From assembly GCF_006345805.1 (NCBI RefSeq), contig NC_043006.1:84444001-84508000 (forward strand): a stretch of 64,000 bases of DNA, in the 5' to 3' direction. Positions 23,210 through 36,429 of this stretch are shown piece after piece. Below the pieces are notes generated by a model that was given only the letters and a program-made list of their open reading frames with translations, had not been told where the DNA came from and searched no databases. The position numbers were made by a program, and so were the translations under genes. The DNA is from Octopus sinensis. Its lineage: Eukaryota. Each line of letters starts with the position of its first letter. Position 1 is the stretch's first letter.

Positions 23210-23405
23210 ATAGGCACAAGGCCTGACATTTGGGAAGAAGGGGGTTAGTCAATTTCATCGACTCTAGTGGTACTTATTTTATCAACCTCGAAAGGAACAA
23301 AGGGAATGTCGACCTCGGCGGAATTTGAACTCAAAGCCTAAAGCTGAGAAATGTCACTAAACATTTTTTTCTGGCGCGTTAACAATTTTGCCAGCTCGCT
23401 ACCTT
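23210..23405 (-). mobile_element. SINE family B
   Basis: gtcgacctcggcggaatttgaactca...ttttgccagctcgct. Further copies lie at about 1880-1975 and 28945-29090. Confidence 0.8.
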
Positions 23406-23435
23406 AAAAAAATCAAGTTATAATACATTCATTAT

Positions 23436-23691
23436 AGCGTGGTAGATGTTTGTAAGCCATTTAAAAATACACAAAAACCGTTAGTTTCACTTCAACATTT
23501 AAATTTAATTCGTGTCAAAATATTTTCGTCGCTTTGAAATCTTGAAACCGCGTCTTGTTCACTGACAAAACTTCGTGCTGGCCGCGGTTTCTAAACGACG
23601 AAAATATCTTGACACAAATTAATTTTAAATGTTGAAGTGAAGCTAACGGTTTTTGTGTGTTCTTAAATGGCTTACAAAGATCTTCCACGCT
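23436..23691. repeat. Imperfect inverted repeat of a Penelope-like terminal fragment
   Basis: 23436-23552 is the approximate reverse complement of 23582-23691. The same sequence family occurs at 40566-40710. Confidence 0.8.
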
Positions 23692-23796
23692 GGAATTGTT
23701 TTTGTTTCAGTACACGATCTCAGATCAAGTCACTTGCTATGCAAATACATCTCCGTAAATACATTCATTGTTATCGAGGGAAGCTTACTGGACTAC

Positions 23797-23839
23797 ATGA
23801 CACTGACAAGCCCCAAGTAGGATGAAACGTGTCTGTCGT
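23797..23839 (+). ncRNA. Degenerate minimal type I hammerhead (G8A)
   Basis: ATGACA-CTGACAA-GCCCCAAGTAGGAT-GAAAC-GT-GTC-TGTCGT. Helix I is 6 bp. Confidence 0.55.
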
Positions 23840-24144
23840 TCTTATATGTCACTACCGCGGTGATCGCATCATTCTGATATAGTGTTTTTAACACAATATG
23901 GCTATGAAGAAATTCTCTCTCACACGAAAACCATAACATCATACCTTTTCACTGTGTATATACATTTAGAATTGATGCACAGATGGTGAAGAACCTCAGT
24001 ATGCCATAATGAAATTCCCAATGCGGAACATTTCGTTAGAGTGTAATCAGACTAAACAGAAATCTGATAGATTCACCATGTTGGTGTTAAAGATCAGATA
24101 TAAACGTTTCATTGGTTATCTCAGAGCCAGAAAGCTGATCAAGT

Positions 24145-24586
24145 AAGGCCAATAAATATTGATTTCAAATTTTAGCACAAGGCTAGCAATTTCGGGGAAG
24201 GGTTAATTCGATTACATTGACAACTGGTATTTATTTTATCGATCGCTGAAAGAATGGAAGGCAAAGTTGACCTCGGCGACATTGAAACTTAGAAATTAGA
24301 ACGTAAAAACGGACGAAATGCTACTAAGCATTCTATCCGGCATGCTAACGATTCTGCCAGCTCGCCGCCTCAGAGCCAATAAACATTGATTTGAAATTTT
24401 GGCTGAAGGCCACTAGTTTCGGGCAGTGGGTAAGTCGGTTACATCGACCCCAGTGCTCAAATAGTTATTTTATCGACCCCGAAGAATGAAAGAATGAGCG
24501 AAATTTGAACTCAGAACGTAAAGACGGACGAAATGCCGCTAAGCATTCTACCCGGTATGCTAACGATTCTGCCAGCTCACCGCCTT
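24145..24586 (-). mobile_element. Two tandem SINE family B copies
   Basis: 24145-24370 and 24380-24586 each end in ttctgccagctc.ccgcct on the plus strand. Confidence 0.85.
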
Positions 24587-24689
24587 AAGATCAATAAAGC
24601 GTAACAATACAAAAACAAATAGACAAATGAAACGAAAATAACCCAATGATATAGTCAGCATGATAGTAAATATATCAGGCAAGGACATA

Positions 24690-24790
24690 TAGTAATCCTT
24701 CGCCATATCGCGGTTCACCTATCGCGGTTCACCTATAGCGGTTTATTATTTAAGCTTACGTCGATTTCTCCGTGGTGTTGTTTTGCATTT
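24690..24790 (+). mobile_element. Tigger/pogo-like MITE terminus
   Basis: (t)agtaatccttcgccatatcgcggttcacctatcgcggttc resembles the Tigger-type CAGTAATCCCTCG TIR with subterminal atcgcgg repeats. Confidence 0.55.
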
Positions 24791-24821
24791 ATAATAAAGC
24801 TTATTAAATTTTTTTTTTACC

Positions 24822-25175
24822 ATAAGGTTCCGGGTTCATTCCCACTGTGTGGCACCTTGGGCAAGTGTCTTCTACTATAGCCTCAGGCCAACTAAAGCCT
24901 TGTGAGTGGATTTCGTAGACGGAAACTGAAAGAAGCCCATCGTATATATGTATATATATATGTGTGTGTATATTTGTGTGTCTGTGTTTGTCCCCCCAGC
25001 ATCGCTTGACAACCGATGGTGGTGTGTTTACGTCCCTGTAACTTAGCGGTTCGGCAAAAGATACCGATAGAATAAGTACTAGGCTTACAAAGAATAAGTC
25101 CTGGGGTCGATTTGCTCGACTAAAGGCGGTGCTCCAGCATGGCCGCAGTCAAATGACTGAAACAAGTGAAAGAGT

Positions 25176-25178
<3 letters not shown>
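24822..25178 (+). mobile_element. SINE family A, near full length
   Basis: ggttccgggttcattcccactgtgtggcaccttgggcaagtg...gctccagcatggccgcagtcaaatgactgaaacaag. Confidence 0.92.
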
Positions 25179-25238
<60 letters not shown>

Positions 25239-25929
25239 AAGTGCTCTTTCTACTTCGGGGATTTTCACGTATCGCGGGTTTTTTTTAGAACGTAACACTC
25301 GCGATAGTCGAGGGATTGCTGTAACGGCGGTTATGGTGGTGTTGTTGTTTCTCATTTTATTGGTGTAGAGTTGGTGTTGGTGGTCAAATAATGCAGAACA
25401 GGAGAGTGCTGTAGTGTAATACCGTATGTGTGTGTGTGTGTGTGAAGAAATGATGCATTGGTTAGCTTAAAAAGGTTTTTCAAATATTAATATAAGAGTT
25501 CAAGCGGTGTTTAAGTCCCCGAGAGCTAAGAGCTAACATAACCGGTTGTTGTGAGGAGTCTTTAAGTGTTTAAAGTGCTTGTTGAACAGACTCCAAAATA
25601 CACCTTCTGCAGGAGAGGAGAAGGTGACGACGAGGAAGGAGAGAAGTGAGAAGTATAAATATTAGCAATGTTTGTGTTATAATAATGATTAGCTCTCAGA
25701 GAGAGAGAGAGAGCGAGAGAAAGAGAGAGAAAGGAGAGAGAGAAAGAGGGAGAGAGAAAGAGGGACTGAGGGAGGGAGAGAGAGAGAGGAGAGAGAGATG
25801 TTACTAAAGATTATTAAGTTGTAATACTGTAAAATGCGATGGGGTCAAGAGATAAAATGGTGGACTATTCAGGGGGAAATGCTGTTATCTCGGTCACTTA
25901 TAAGCCATGAGCTCTGGAACTCGTGACAT

Positions 25930-26222
25930 AATGTCCGGAGGTTGTCGTTGTTATTGTTGTTGTTGTTGATAATTATGATGATGGTGATGATGACGATGAC
26001 AACTATGGTGACTATGATGACGATTATAATTATGATGCTGACGACGACGACGATGATGATAATGGTGACGAAGATAATGACGATAACGATGACAATGATG
26101 GTAACGCTGACGACAACGATCACGACGATGATGATGATGTTGATGATGACGATGAGAATGATAACGCTAACGACGACGTCGACGGCGACGATTACTATGA
26201 CGACGACGTTGATGATTATGAT
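25930..26222. repeat. (GAT/GAC)n low-complexity tract
   Basis: Degenerate trinucleotide repeat. Confidence 0.9.
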
Positions 26223-26603
26223 TTTTAAAATTCTTTTTCTTGTTTCAGTCATTTGACTGCGGCGATGCTGGAGCACTGCCTTTAGTCGAGCAAATCGACC
26301 CCAGGACTTATTCTTTGTAAGCCTAGTACTTATTCTATCGGTCTCTTTTGCTGAACCGCTAAGTTACGGGGACGTAAGCATACCAGCATCGGTTGTCAAG
26401 CAACGTTGGGTGGGGGGACAAACACAGACACAAGCATATACACACATACATGCATGCATACATACATAAATACATACATACATACATACATACATAAATA
26501 CATACATACATACATACATACATACATACATACATAAATACATACATAATATATTCATACATACATACATACATACATACATACATACATACATACATAA
26601 ATA

Positions 26604-27850
26604 CGAGGGGCGTTCAATAAGTAATGTGTCTGACCCACTTGCAGTTGTTTGATCTAGCTGAAAATTTACATGTGCAACTAATTGTGGTTTCTGATTTCCA
26701 GGTGTTTGAACTGAATCAAGAGTGAAATGGAGCCAGTTGAGTGTCGAGCAGTGATCCGGTTTTTGTATTTGAAAGGACGCACACCACGGGAGACTTTTGA
26801 TGAAATGAAAGTAACTTATGGTGATGATGCCCCATCATATGACCTTGTAAAACGCTGGCATCGTGAATTCAAACATGGTTGGAACTCTGTGGAAACAGCT
26901 CCCAGATCTGGTCGCCCCCCTTCTGCCATTGATGAGGCATCTGTCCGTCAAGTTGAGGCTGCCATTTTGGATGATCGACGCATAACTATTCGCCAAATAG
27001 CCCATGAGGTCAAGATTAGTACCAGGTCTGTGGAAACTATCATTCATGACCATTTGCATATGCAAAAGGTGTCTGTCAGATGGATTCCCAGGTTGCTCAC
27101 ACCTTTCCAGAAGCAAGAACGCGTTGAGTGCTCGAGGATGAATTTGGAGATGTGCCAAGAAGATGAGTCAAAATTTTTCAAAAGACTGATTACACAGGAT
27201 GAAACCTGGGTCTATCACTATGATCCAGAGACCAAAGCCCAGTCAATGCAGTGGAAGCTCCGTGACTTACCTCCTCCAAAGAAGGCAAGGGTGCAGCCCT
27301 CCGCTGGCAAGGTCATGCTCACAGTCTTCTGGGACCAGGACGGAATAGTGATGACAGATTTCCTAGCAAAGGGTACCACAATTACAGGAGCCTATTATGC
27401 TTCACTTTTGAGGAAATTAAGAGAAGCTATCAAAATCAAGAGGCGGGGCAAGATCAGCAAAGGCATCCTCCGCCTGCAGGACAACGCTCCGGTCTACAAC
27501 TCGCGTGTCGCCAGATCAGAAGCACAGGCGTGCGGCTATGAACTCCTCCCCCACCCCCTACTCTCCTTACCTTGCACCCTCTGATTTTCACCTCTTCCTA
27601 CCCATGAAGTTGTTTTTGAAAGGAAAGCGTTTCCCAGATGATGCAGCCTTGATTTCTAAAGTCACGTCGTGGTTGGAGGACCAAGCTGGGGTCTTCTACA
27701 AAAACGGTCTCCAGAGTTGCATCAAACGAGGGGAGAAATGTGTAACTCTGGGTGGTTCCTATGTAGAAAAAGACTAATAACTGTGCCAAGTTTCGTTGCT
27801 CTACTGCTATGGGAAGTGGGTCAGGGGCATTACTTATTGAACGCCCCTCG
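26604..27850 (+). mobile_element. Full-length mariner (Tc1/mariner, DD34D) transposon, 1247 bp
   Basis: TIRs of about 37 bp (cgaggggcgttcaataagtaatg...ctgacccactt) with 3 mismatches. TA duplication at 26602-03 and 27851-52. Confidence 0.97.
26727..27777 (+). pseudogene. Mariner transposase with a single frameshift
   Basis: HTH N-terminus, WIPRLL, TQDETW, LQDNAP, then a frameshift in the C-run near 27550-27558 into PYSPYLAPSDFHLF...GGSYVEKD*. Restoring HPPYSP gives D34D spacing. Confidence 0.93.
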
Positions 27851-27913
27851 TACATACATACATACATACATACATACATACATACATACAAATACATACA
27901 TACATATATATAT

Positions 27914-27958
<45 letters not shown>

Positions 27959-28774
27959 ATTATATATATATATATATACGCATATATACGACGGGCTTCT
28001 TTCAGTTTCAGTCTACCAAATCCACTCAGAAGGGTTTGGTCAGCCCGAGGCTATAGTGGAAGACACTTGCCCAAGGTGCCACGCAGCGGGACTGAACCCG
28101 GAACCGTGTGGTTGGTAAGCAAGCAACTTATCACACAGCCACTCCTACGCCTATAATGATAAAATTATTTCTGTGGTCCACTCAATCCTCTACATATTTC
28201 TTCTCCCTCTCAAGTTTTAAACTTTCGACTTTGTGGCAGGGCAAGCAATTGTCAGTTGGGCTACTTTTAAACATATCTAATGAAGGACGCAGGCTTAGCC
28301 TAGTGGTGAAAAGTTCGTTTCCCAGCCAATGTGTCGCACATTCGATCCCATCGCAGGACATCTTCGGCAAGCACCTCGGGTCAATCCAGCTCCTGTGAGT
28401 GAAACTAAATAGCTGGAAACTTCTAGGAAGCTCCTCGTATGGATTGTAAGGTGAAACAAAGAGATTATCTTGTGACATATATCATTCTGATTCTGCTTGA
28501 AAAATACACGCAGTGGGGGGAGGGGGAGTATATGCCTGTGGAATACTCAGCTAGGTAGTCGACATAATTCAACAACGAAATAGTTCGATTTGATCGAATA
28601 ACTGGAATACGCATTGTCAAAACCGATTGAGATCAATTTCCTTTAAGAGGACATTACCATGCTCACCAGAAATAATTACGAAAATAATTGTGGAAAGAAA
28701 ACGAAGCAATATTCGCCAAATGACTAATAATATTTTGGTAATTACAGAATGTAATTCCTGCACATCTATCTATC

Positions 28775-28847
<73 letters not shown>

Positions 28848-28850
28848 ATG

Positions 28851-28928
<78 letters not shown>

Positions 28929-30023
28929 ATATGCAAGTGTGTGTGATATTGGTTTCAATTTTTGGTACAAGGCCAACAATTTTAGGGGAGGGGATAAGTC
29001 GATTTCATCGACCCCAGTATTCAACTGGTATTTATTTTATCGACTCCGAGAGGATGAAAGGCTAAGTCAACCTCGGCAGAATTTGAACTCGTATACATAT
29101 CTTTTACGTTTTACGTGTTTCGATCATTGGAGTGCAGTCATACTGGGGCCACAATCTTGAAGGGCTTTAGTCGAACAAATTGATTCCTGTACTTATTCCC
29201 TTCAGTCTTGTTCTATTCTGTCAGTCTCTTTTGCTGAAGCTAAGTTACAAATCAACACGCACGCACATATCAAAAACAAAAAGGTAGGACGAAAAGTCTT
29301 TGAGCAGTACCGATATTATGAAAGGTTAATTATGCTTCTCATAACTAACGAGTATAGTAATAGGCGCACATACACGCGAGTAATGTCCAAATCTCCGACC
29401 AATTACATACAGCTAGCTGGCATTCAATTGGCGTATCAAGTGTCGGGCATTTTGATTGGGTTTTGGATAGAAAATTCATAAAAAAGTCACTTCTATTGAT
29501 TTTTTAATGGCTTTGCGGGGTGACTGGGGAAATATAAAGATGTGCATGACCACCTTTGGATGGTTTTGAATGACCATAGAAAGTGCGAGCCCTCTAACTG
29601 AAAAATTGTGGATTTGTATAAAGGATACACACACACACAGACAGATATTTTGCTGTTTATATATATAGAGATACACAGCCAACCAACAACTAATATACTA
29701 TAGTACAAAAATAACCAAGAGTCACTCTTTATTTACAAAGAGATCTGGACTCCACCTCGTAGACATCGACAGCAAAGCTTAAAGACCATCGGCATCAAAG
29801 GATGCAGATGTGCTAGGAACTGGTGTATCTCGACTGAGTCCTACTATACTACACCTTACGTATAACCTGAAGAGCGTGGAAACTACGCTGATGGTAGTGT
29901 TTCGTTGTTGCAGCCGTGCTCGATACTCCAATCATCTCAAAAAAAGGTTCGCCGTCAGTTTTGTGATACCAATGAATTCATATCTTGACTTCTGTAAACA
30001 TGGATTATATTAGGGGTGGGAAA

Positions 30024-30252
30024 AGCGGCGAGCTGGCAGAAACGTTAGCACGCCGGGCGAAATGCTTAGCGGTATTTCGTCTACCGCTACGTTCTGAGTT
30101 CAAATTCCGCCGAGGTCGACTTTGCCTTTCATCCTTTTGGGGTCGATTAAATAAGTATCAGTTACGCACTGGGGTCGATGTAATCGACTTAATCCCTTTG
30201 TCTGTCCTTATTTGTCCCCTCTGTGTTTAGCTCCTTGTGGACAGTAAAGAAA
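30024..30252 (+). mobile_element. SINE family B, full length
   Basis: gcggcgagctggcagaaacgttagcacgccgggcgaaatgcttagcgg head through cagtaaagaaat tail. Confidence 0.93.
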
Positions 30253-31009
30253 TATATATTAGGGGTGAGGGGCTATGTTGGATGTTCAGACTCATTCTTT
30301 CGACTCTCATTTTCTGAGCTAGTGGAAAATCGGACATAAAGGGCTAGGTGTACACCAAGCATTTACTGCTTTGAAGTGTCCCACAACTACGTCACTGGAT
30401 ATCATGTTTCTGCTTGTTGAAACTTGGCCACTAACAGCTCAGGTTTGACATGCATGGGGGGGGGGGGGGCAAACTCTTAAATAATTTTCTCCGAGAGTTT
30501 ACAACACGTCAGCTAACCCCAACCTAATTTAGCTAGCTTATCAATGCAAATATCATTGTCCAGAGGTTGGCGTACTGCAGCACACATCAGGCTATGAAAT
30601 CAGAAGAGCTGGATGCTAGACAGGAGCCAATAACAGGCGAGATCATTTGATAAGTTTCCCTACCAAAAGTACTGTTTCTTCTAGACACTTTAAATCTATA
30701 ATACGCAACTGACGATATATCTGCTATATACTATGTATTATGAGTCTCATCAATCAACCAGCTTTCTAATTACAGCTTATGGGATGCATATAAAATTATA
30801 TAATTATGTAATTATATAACTATCTCACTGGTCTCGAAGGAATTCCGAAGGCCATGAGTATTGCTTCTTTCCTTTTGACCTAGCAAGTAATGAATCAATC
30901 AATAAATAAATAACTATGTTGCATAGAAGCATGTAGCTGTTCTATGTTCCTGTAGAGATGGCTGACCAATGTTTACACACAATAAGGACTGTTACTACAG
31001 AAACCAACA

Positions 31010-31575
31010 AGACTTGCTAGAAACAGAAGCCGAAACTCCTTTGAATCACATCTGATAATGCAATTACTTGTATACAAAATAAAGAGTGATTAATCATAGG
31101 CTGTTCGATTACAGTGACCTGACCTTGGAATAGTCAAGAAGGGAGCGTCTACGCTATTCTACACCTGCTAGAAACAGAAGTCAAAACTCCCTCGAATCAC
31201 GAGACTGTCAAAACTGGAAAACCTTTAATCATATGCTGTTCGAATATGGTGACTTGACATTAGAAAAGACAACATGAAAGCGTCTGTGTTGTGGCAAGAC
31301 CTGCTAGAAATAGTAACTAAAACTACTCCGAATTACATTGGATTATATATAATCTAATAAGAGGCGATTGTCACGACTGGAAGATCTACGATGGTACGCT
31401 GCTCGGTTATGGCTGACCTGACCTTGGAAAAGCCAACAAGAAAGCGCCAATGTTACTAGACCTGCTAGAAATAGCAGCTGAAACTACTCTGAATTACATT
31501 GGATAATGTAGTCTTATATAGCAAATAAGACGTGATCATAGGTTGCTCGGTTATAGGTGGCCTGACCTTGGGAGG
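31010..31575 (+). repeat. Four degenerate tandem units of about 135-165 bp
   Basis: Each unit has acctgctagaaa(c/t)ag.ag...aaact...gaat(c/t)ac and atcata.g.tg.tcg.ttat.gtgacctgaccttgg. Confidence 0.8.
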
Positions 31576-31769
31576 GGGTAAACAACTATGGCAATGACTG
31601 CAACACGCAGTTAACTGACCACTATTGAAGTATTTTAAATCTCTATCAATCAAACCGACAATTGGCCCATGCCCAAATAAGGTAAACACTCGTCTAATCA
31701 TTAACATCACAACATTTATTCAAGCCCTTTAAACAAACAAATGAAGAGTTGTAGTACTTAAGTGTGAAT

Positions 31770-32658
31770 GTTCCCACCACCCTCACCGCCACCACAACAA
31801 CAACGCTAACTAAAATATAGTGACCACCACTTCTGACGCTGTAACCAAGACGACACTGACGACCGCTACCACCGCAACCACTGCCACGACGACCACCACC
31901 ACCGCCAACCGTTGTCACCACCACTACCACCACAATCCACCACTACTGCTGCTGCTGCTAGTACCACTCCAACCACCACCACCACCACCACCATCATAAT
32001 CAGCAGGACTATCACCACAACCATCATCTTCCACCATCTTCACAGTAACAACCAATATAATCCTTAGCACCTATCACCACCACCTCCATAAACCACGACC
32101 ATCACCACCATATATTGCACACCAACATCAAATTTCTCCCTTCAACACTACAACCGCCAGCCTCACCACCTCCACCGCCACCACCACAAACATATCTATT
32201 ATTTCCTTCACCATCATCACCAGCAGCACCACCACCACCACAAACACCACCACCACCACAAACACCACCGACACAATTACCAAAATCACTCCTATTCCCC
32301 TCCACTATCTCTACCACCACCACCACCACTACTACCACCACCACCGCAATCACCACCACCGCCATCGCCAACCTCACCACTAGCAACAGCCATCACCACC
32401 AGCATCACCACTATCACCACACACAGAGTTCTAAACAACCATCGCCTACACGACCGTTACCACCACCACCACCTATACGACGATGACGACCACCGCCACC
32501 ACTAATACCTCCACAATCACCACCGCCACCACTACAAAATCTCGATGACCTGTCTGTCTCCCCTTAATATCATTTCCTATAATCAATGTCTGCCTTTCCT
32601 CGATGGTCAGTCTCGTCTGACCACCACCACCACCACCACCACTACCACCACCACCATC

Positions 32659-32692
<34 letters not shown>

Positions 32693-33058
32693 AAACAACA
32701 ACAACAACAACAGCAACAACAATAACCACCAACAACGCCACCACTGCCTCCGCCGCCGCCACCATATCCTTCAGTCAGTCATTATTGCTAGCCGAGATGC
32801 CCAGACTCGACAAACTCCACCTTAACCACTCACCTGACCACAACCACCAACACCACCACCACCACCATCCTCCTAAGTCTCACCCCCGCCCTTACCCTTC
32901 TCCTCCTAACAGTCATTCGAGAACCATCTAACCTTAATATCTTTCATTGTATCTTTTATTCTCTTTCTGTGCATTGAAACAATGAGCTGTGAATATTATA
33001 ACATCGTTTTATTATCCACTGTCAAGGGCGGCAGCAGCAGCAGCAGCAACAACAACAA

Positions 33059-33102
<44 letters not shown>

Positions 33103-33170
33103 CAACAACAACAACAACACAACAACAACAACGGCTACAATACACAATCAGGAGAAAAAACAGAAACACA
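31770..33170. repeat. (ACC)/(AAC)-rich low-complexity region
   Basis: Degenerate trinucleotide tracts; source of the Thr/Pro/His-rich pseudo-ORFs. Confidence 0.9.
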
Positions 33171-33240
33171 ACAATAGTAACCATTTTCACAAGATAACAA
33201 CAACTTCAACAATAGCTACATTAATATGAATACTTGTGAA

Positions 33241-33645
33241 GGTGGCGAGCTGGCAGAAACGTTAGCACGCTGGGCGAAATGCGTAGCCGTATTTCGTCTG
33301 CCGTTACGTTCTGAGTTCAAATTCCGCTGAGGTCGACTTTGCCTTTCATCCTTTCAGGGTCGATTAAATAAGTACCAGTTACGCACTGGGGTCGATATAA
33401 TCGACTTAATCCGTGTGTCTGTCCTTGTTTGTCCCCTCTATGTTTAGCCCCTTGTGGGCGGCAAGCTGGCAAGAAGCGTTTTCATGCCGGGCAAAATACT
33501 TCGCAGTATTTCGTCCGTCTTTACGTTCTGTGTTCAAATTCCACCCTGGTCGACTTTGCTTTTCATCCTTTGAGCACTGGGATTTATGTAATCGACTTGG
33601 TCCCTTCCTTGAACTTGCTGACCTGGTGCCAAAACTTCAAAGCAA
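33241..33645 (+). mobile_element. SINE family B dimer
   Basis: A full copy (33241-33455) is fused at ccccttgtgggcggcaagctggc to a diverged second copy. Confidence 0.85.
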
Positions 33646-33729
33646 TATGACCGCCGCCGCTGCCTACACTGCGACTGCCGCCACCGCTGCTACCAGCATG
33701 TTCAGTTTGGAGGACTTCCATGGAGTCTT

Positions 33730-33928
33730 CACAACCAACCAACCAACCAACCAACCAGCCAACCAACCAACCAACTAACCAACCAACCAACCAACCAACT
33801 AACCAACCAACCAACCAGCCAACCAACCAACCAACCAGCCAACCAACCAGCCAACCAACCAAACCAACAAACCAGCCAACCAACCAACCAACCAACCAAC
33901 CAACCAGACAACCAACCAACCAACCAAT
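33730..33928. repeat. (AACC)n microsatellite
   Basis: Direct reading. Confidence 0.95.
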
Positions 33929-34562
33929 TAGGTTCTGCGTGTATTGGAGAGGGATCAGTCTACTCAGGCTGATTATGCTTTAGACAATCTCAAATTATGG
34001 TTTAACTTAAATGTTAACAACAGCAAATGTTTCTATGATACCGAAGCGGACGTGATCCGGATTAAGATAAGGCTGTACCATATTACTGTGTATCCAGATT
34101 AAGGCCAACATACTGACAAGAGAAGAGAACCGTCGGATTATTCGGTGCTAATGGCTAAAGAATCTTCAGAGTCTTCAGACATAGTCGTTTCTATTGTTTT
34201 TGCTTTTTGTTGTAAATTTAGCCTTAGCATCGACCGATCTAAAAGCATTCCAGCGGTGGCCGTCCCGTATTGTTTTCGTTGCTGCTTATCTTGTCTATGG
34301 CTGTGTGGCTAAGAAGCTCGCTTTGTAACAAGGAAGTTTTGGGTTTGTCCCACCGCGTAGCACTATCGACAAGTGTCTTCTACGATGGCTCCAAGCCTAC
34401 AGATGCTTCGTGAGTGAATTTGATAGAAGGAAATTATGTGGAGGCCCGTTGTATAATACATACATAAATACATATACATACATGTATGTATGCATGTATA
34501 TATGTGTGTGTACGTATACATATATCTCTGATAACATACATACATACATATATATATTTTAT

Positions 34563-34602
<40 letters not shown>

Positions 34603-34637
34603 TATCATTATATATAGATACATACATACATACACAC

Positions 34638-34670
<33 letters not shown>

Positions 34671-34737
34671 CTATATATATATATATTTATTATTATATAT
34701 ATGCACATACAGACACACACACACATATGTATATATA

Positions 34738-34800
34738 CAGGTCGTCTTCGACTTACGACCACAAATGGTTCTGACTGATTAGTCGGAAGTCAGCCTATAA
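34738..34800 (+). mobile_element. Tigger-like MITE terminus
   Basis: ta-caggtcgtcttcgacttacgaccaca, similar to CAGGTAGTCCTCGACTTACGACC-type TIRs. Confidence 0.55.
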
Positions 34801-35136
34801 GCCTACATAGCTTCATTTTATATTTTTACAGTCTTAAGGTGGTTAAAATGAAATTGAGTATTTAGGAAAATGAGTGGTCTACTTCCCTTAGTTATATATA
34901 AAGATCCCTTCCAGGGGCGAATGGATAATTTCCCTTGGTTTTTAAAATAATATATTAGATATATATAAGGATCCCTTCCAGGGGCCTCCTTTCAACAACC
35001 TGAATATGTCATGAGGTTTCCAGACATGAGTTCTGCTCACGTGTCAATCCATAAAACGATGTAGTAGGAGTTAGCTAACACCTTCACAAACACTACAGAC
35101 AGAATTTCCCACAAATTAGTAGATATATATGCATAC

Positions 35137-35235
<99 letters not shown>

Positions 35236-35364
35236 GTCAAATTATATATATATAAACAATTTAACATTAAGCTGAATGATTAATCAAAACTTATTTGTAT
35301 ATGTTTATTAAACTGCTAAAAGAAACGGTTGCTAATAAATTTGATGTTTTATATTATACAGAGA

Positions 35365-35415
<51 letters not shown>

Positions 35416-35455
35416 TATGTATGTATGTGTATGTATGTATGTATGTTTGTATGTA

Positions 35456-35491
<36 letters not shown>

Positions 35492-35926
35492 TGTATGTAT
35501 ATATATATGTGTGTGTGTTTGTGCGTCTGTATATATATATGGAGATGTGATAGGTGAATACATATATATTTAACCAGATGATATCCTTTGGCTTACGGCC
35601 GTTTCGCAACCTCCTTCACGTAATATTAATTTCAATGTGTCAGAGATTATGTTTATATGTTGGCATTAATATGCACGTTTAGCATTATGTAATACAATTG
35701 TACATTCACAAATCGATACAAGTAAATAAAGCTACCTTATTAGATCACCGGAACATCTTAGAAAAATTTCAAGTTGCTTATACAATGATGTTCTCGGGAT
35801 CTGGTGAGGCTGTTTTTATTTTTATTGATTTGCGATTATACGATTGTATTATATAACATCGAGCATACATATTAATAAATGTATTTCAAAAGTTCCTTTC
35901 TTTACGGTAAGAACGCCACCTATCTG

Positions 35927-36012
<86 letters not shown>

Positions 36013-36429
36013 ATTGTTTTTACCATGATCTCTTACCAAATGCACACGTAACCTAGACGATTCACAGGCATTGTGCACTTTAGTTCTCTCCATTCAATGA
36101 CTTCAGAATCTACTCGGATGATTATTCCCTTACAGCCATGAACAGGTTGTCATGAATAAATAATTTGTACAAGAGAACTTCACAAGCAGCTCAATTACGA
36201 AATCGTTAAAGTTCTAAACAATATTATATATACAGGCATTGTTTGATCGTCAAAATTTCCTGTCTGTTGTTTGTTGTATTTATTGTATATAATATTGTTT
36301 ATAGAAATAAAAACAGTCAAAATACAGTTAAATATTTCGTTATTTCAACATTATTCAATTGTCTTATTTTACTTAAATCCCTTCTTGATTACATCCCTAT
36401 GTTTCAATGAAACGAAATATTGCTTATTC

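Larger units (their letters stand above)
26232..28148 (-). mobile_element. SINE family A split by a mariner insertion in its internal microsatellite
   Basis: SINE tail at 26232-26440 and head at 27975-28148. (TACA)n lies on both sides of the mariner. Confidence 0.9.

Noticed and set aside
29864-29915. CTGAAGA followed by a GCGTG/TACGC hairpin
   Set aside because: No GAAA after the hairpin. The same failure applies to CTGATGA at about 63297, about 51980 (minus) and CTGACGA at about 48755 and 30708.
35590-35625. Minus-strand GAAAC-GGCC-GTA with palindromic loop
   Set aside because: Only the 3' half of a hammerhead. Upstream reads GTGAAGG rather than CTGANGA and helix I does not form. At most a junction remnant.
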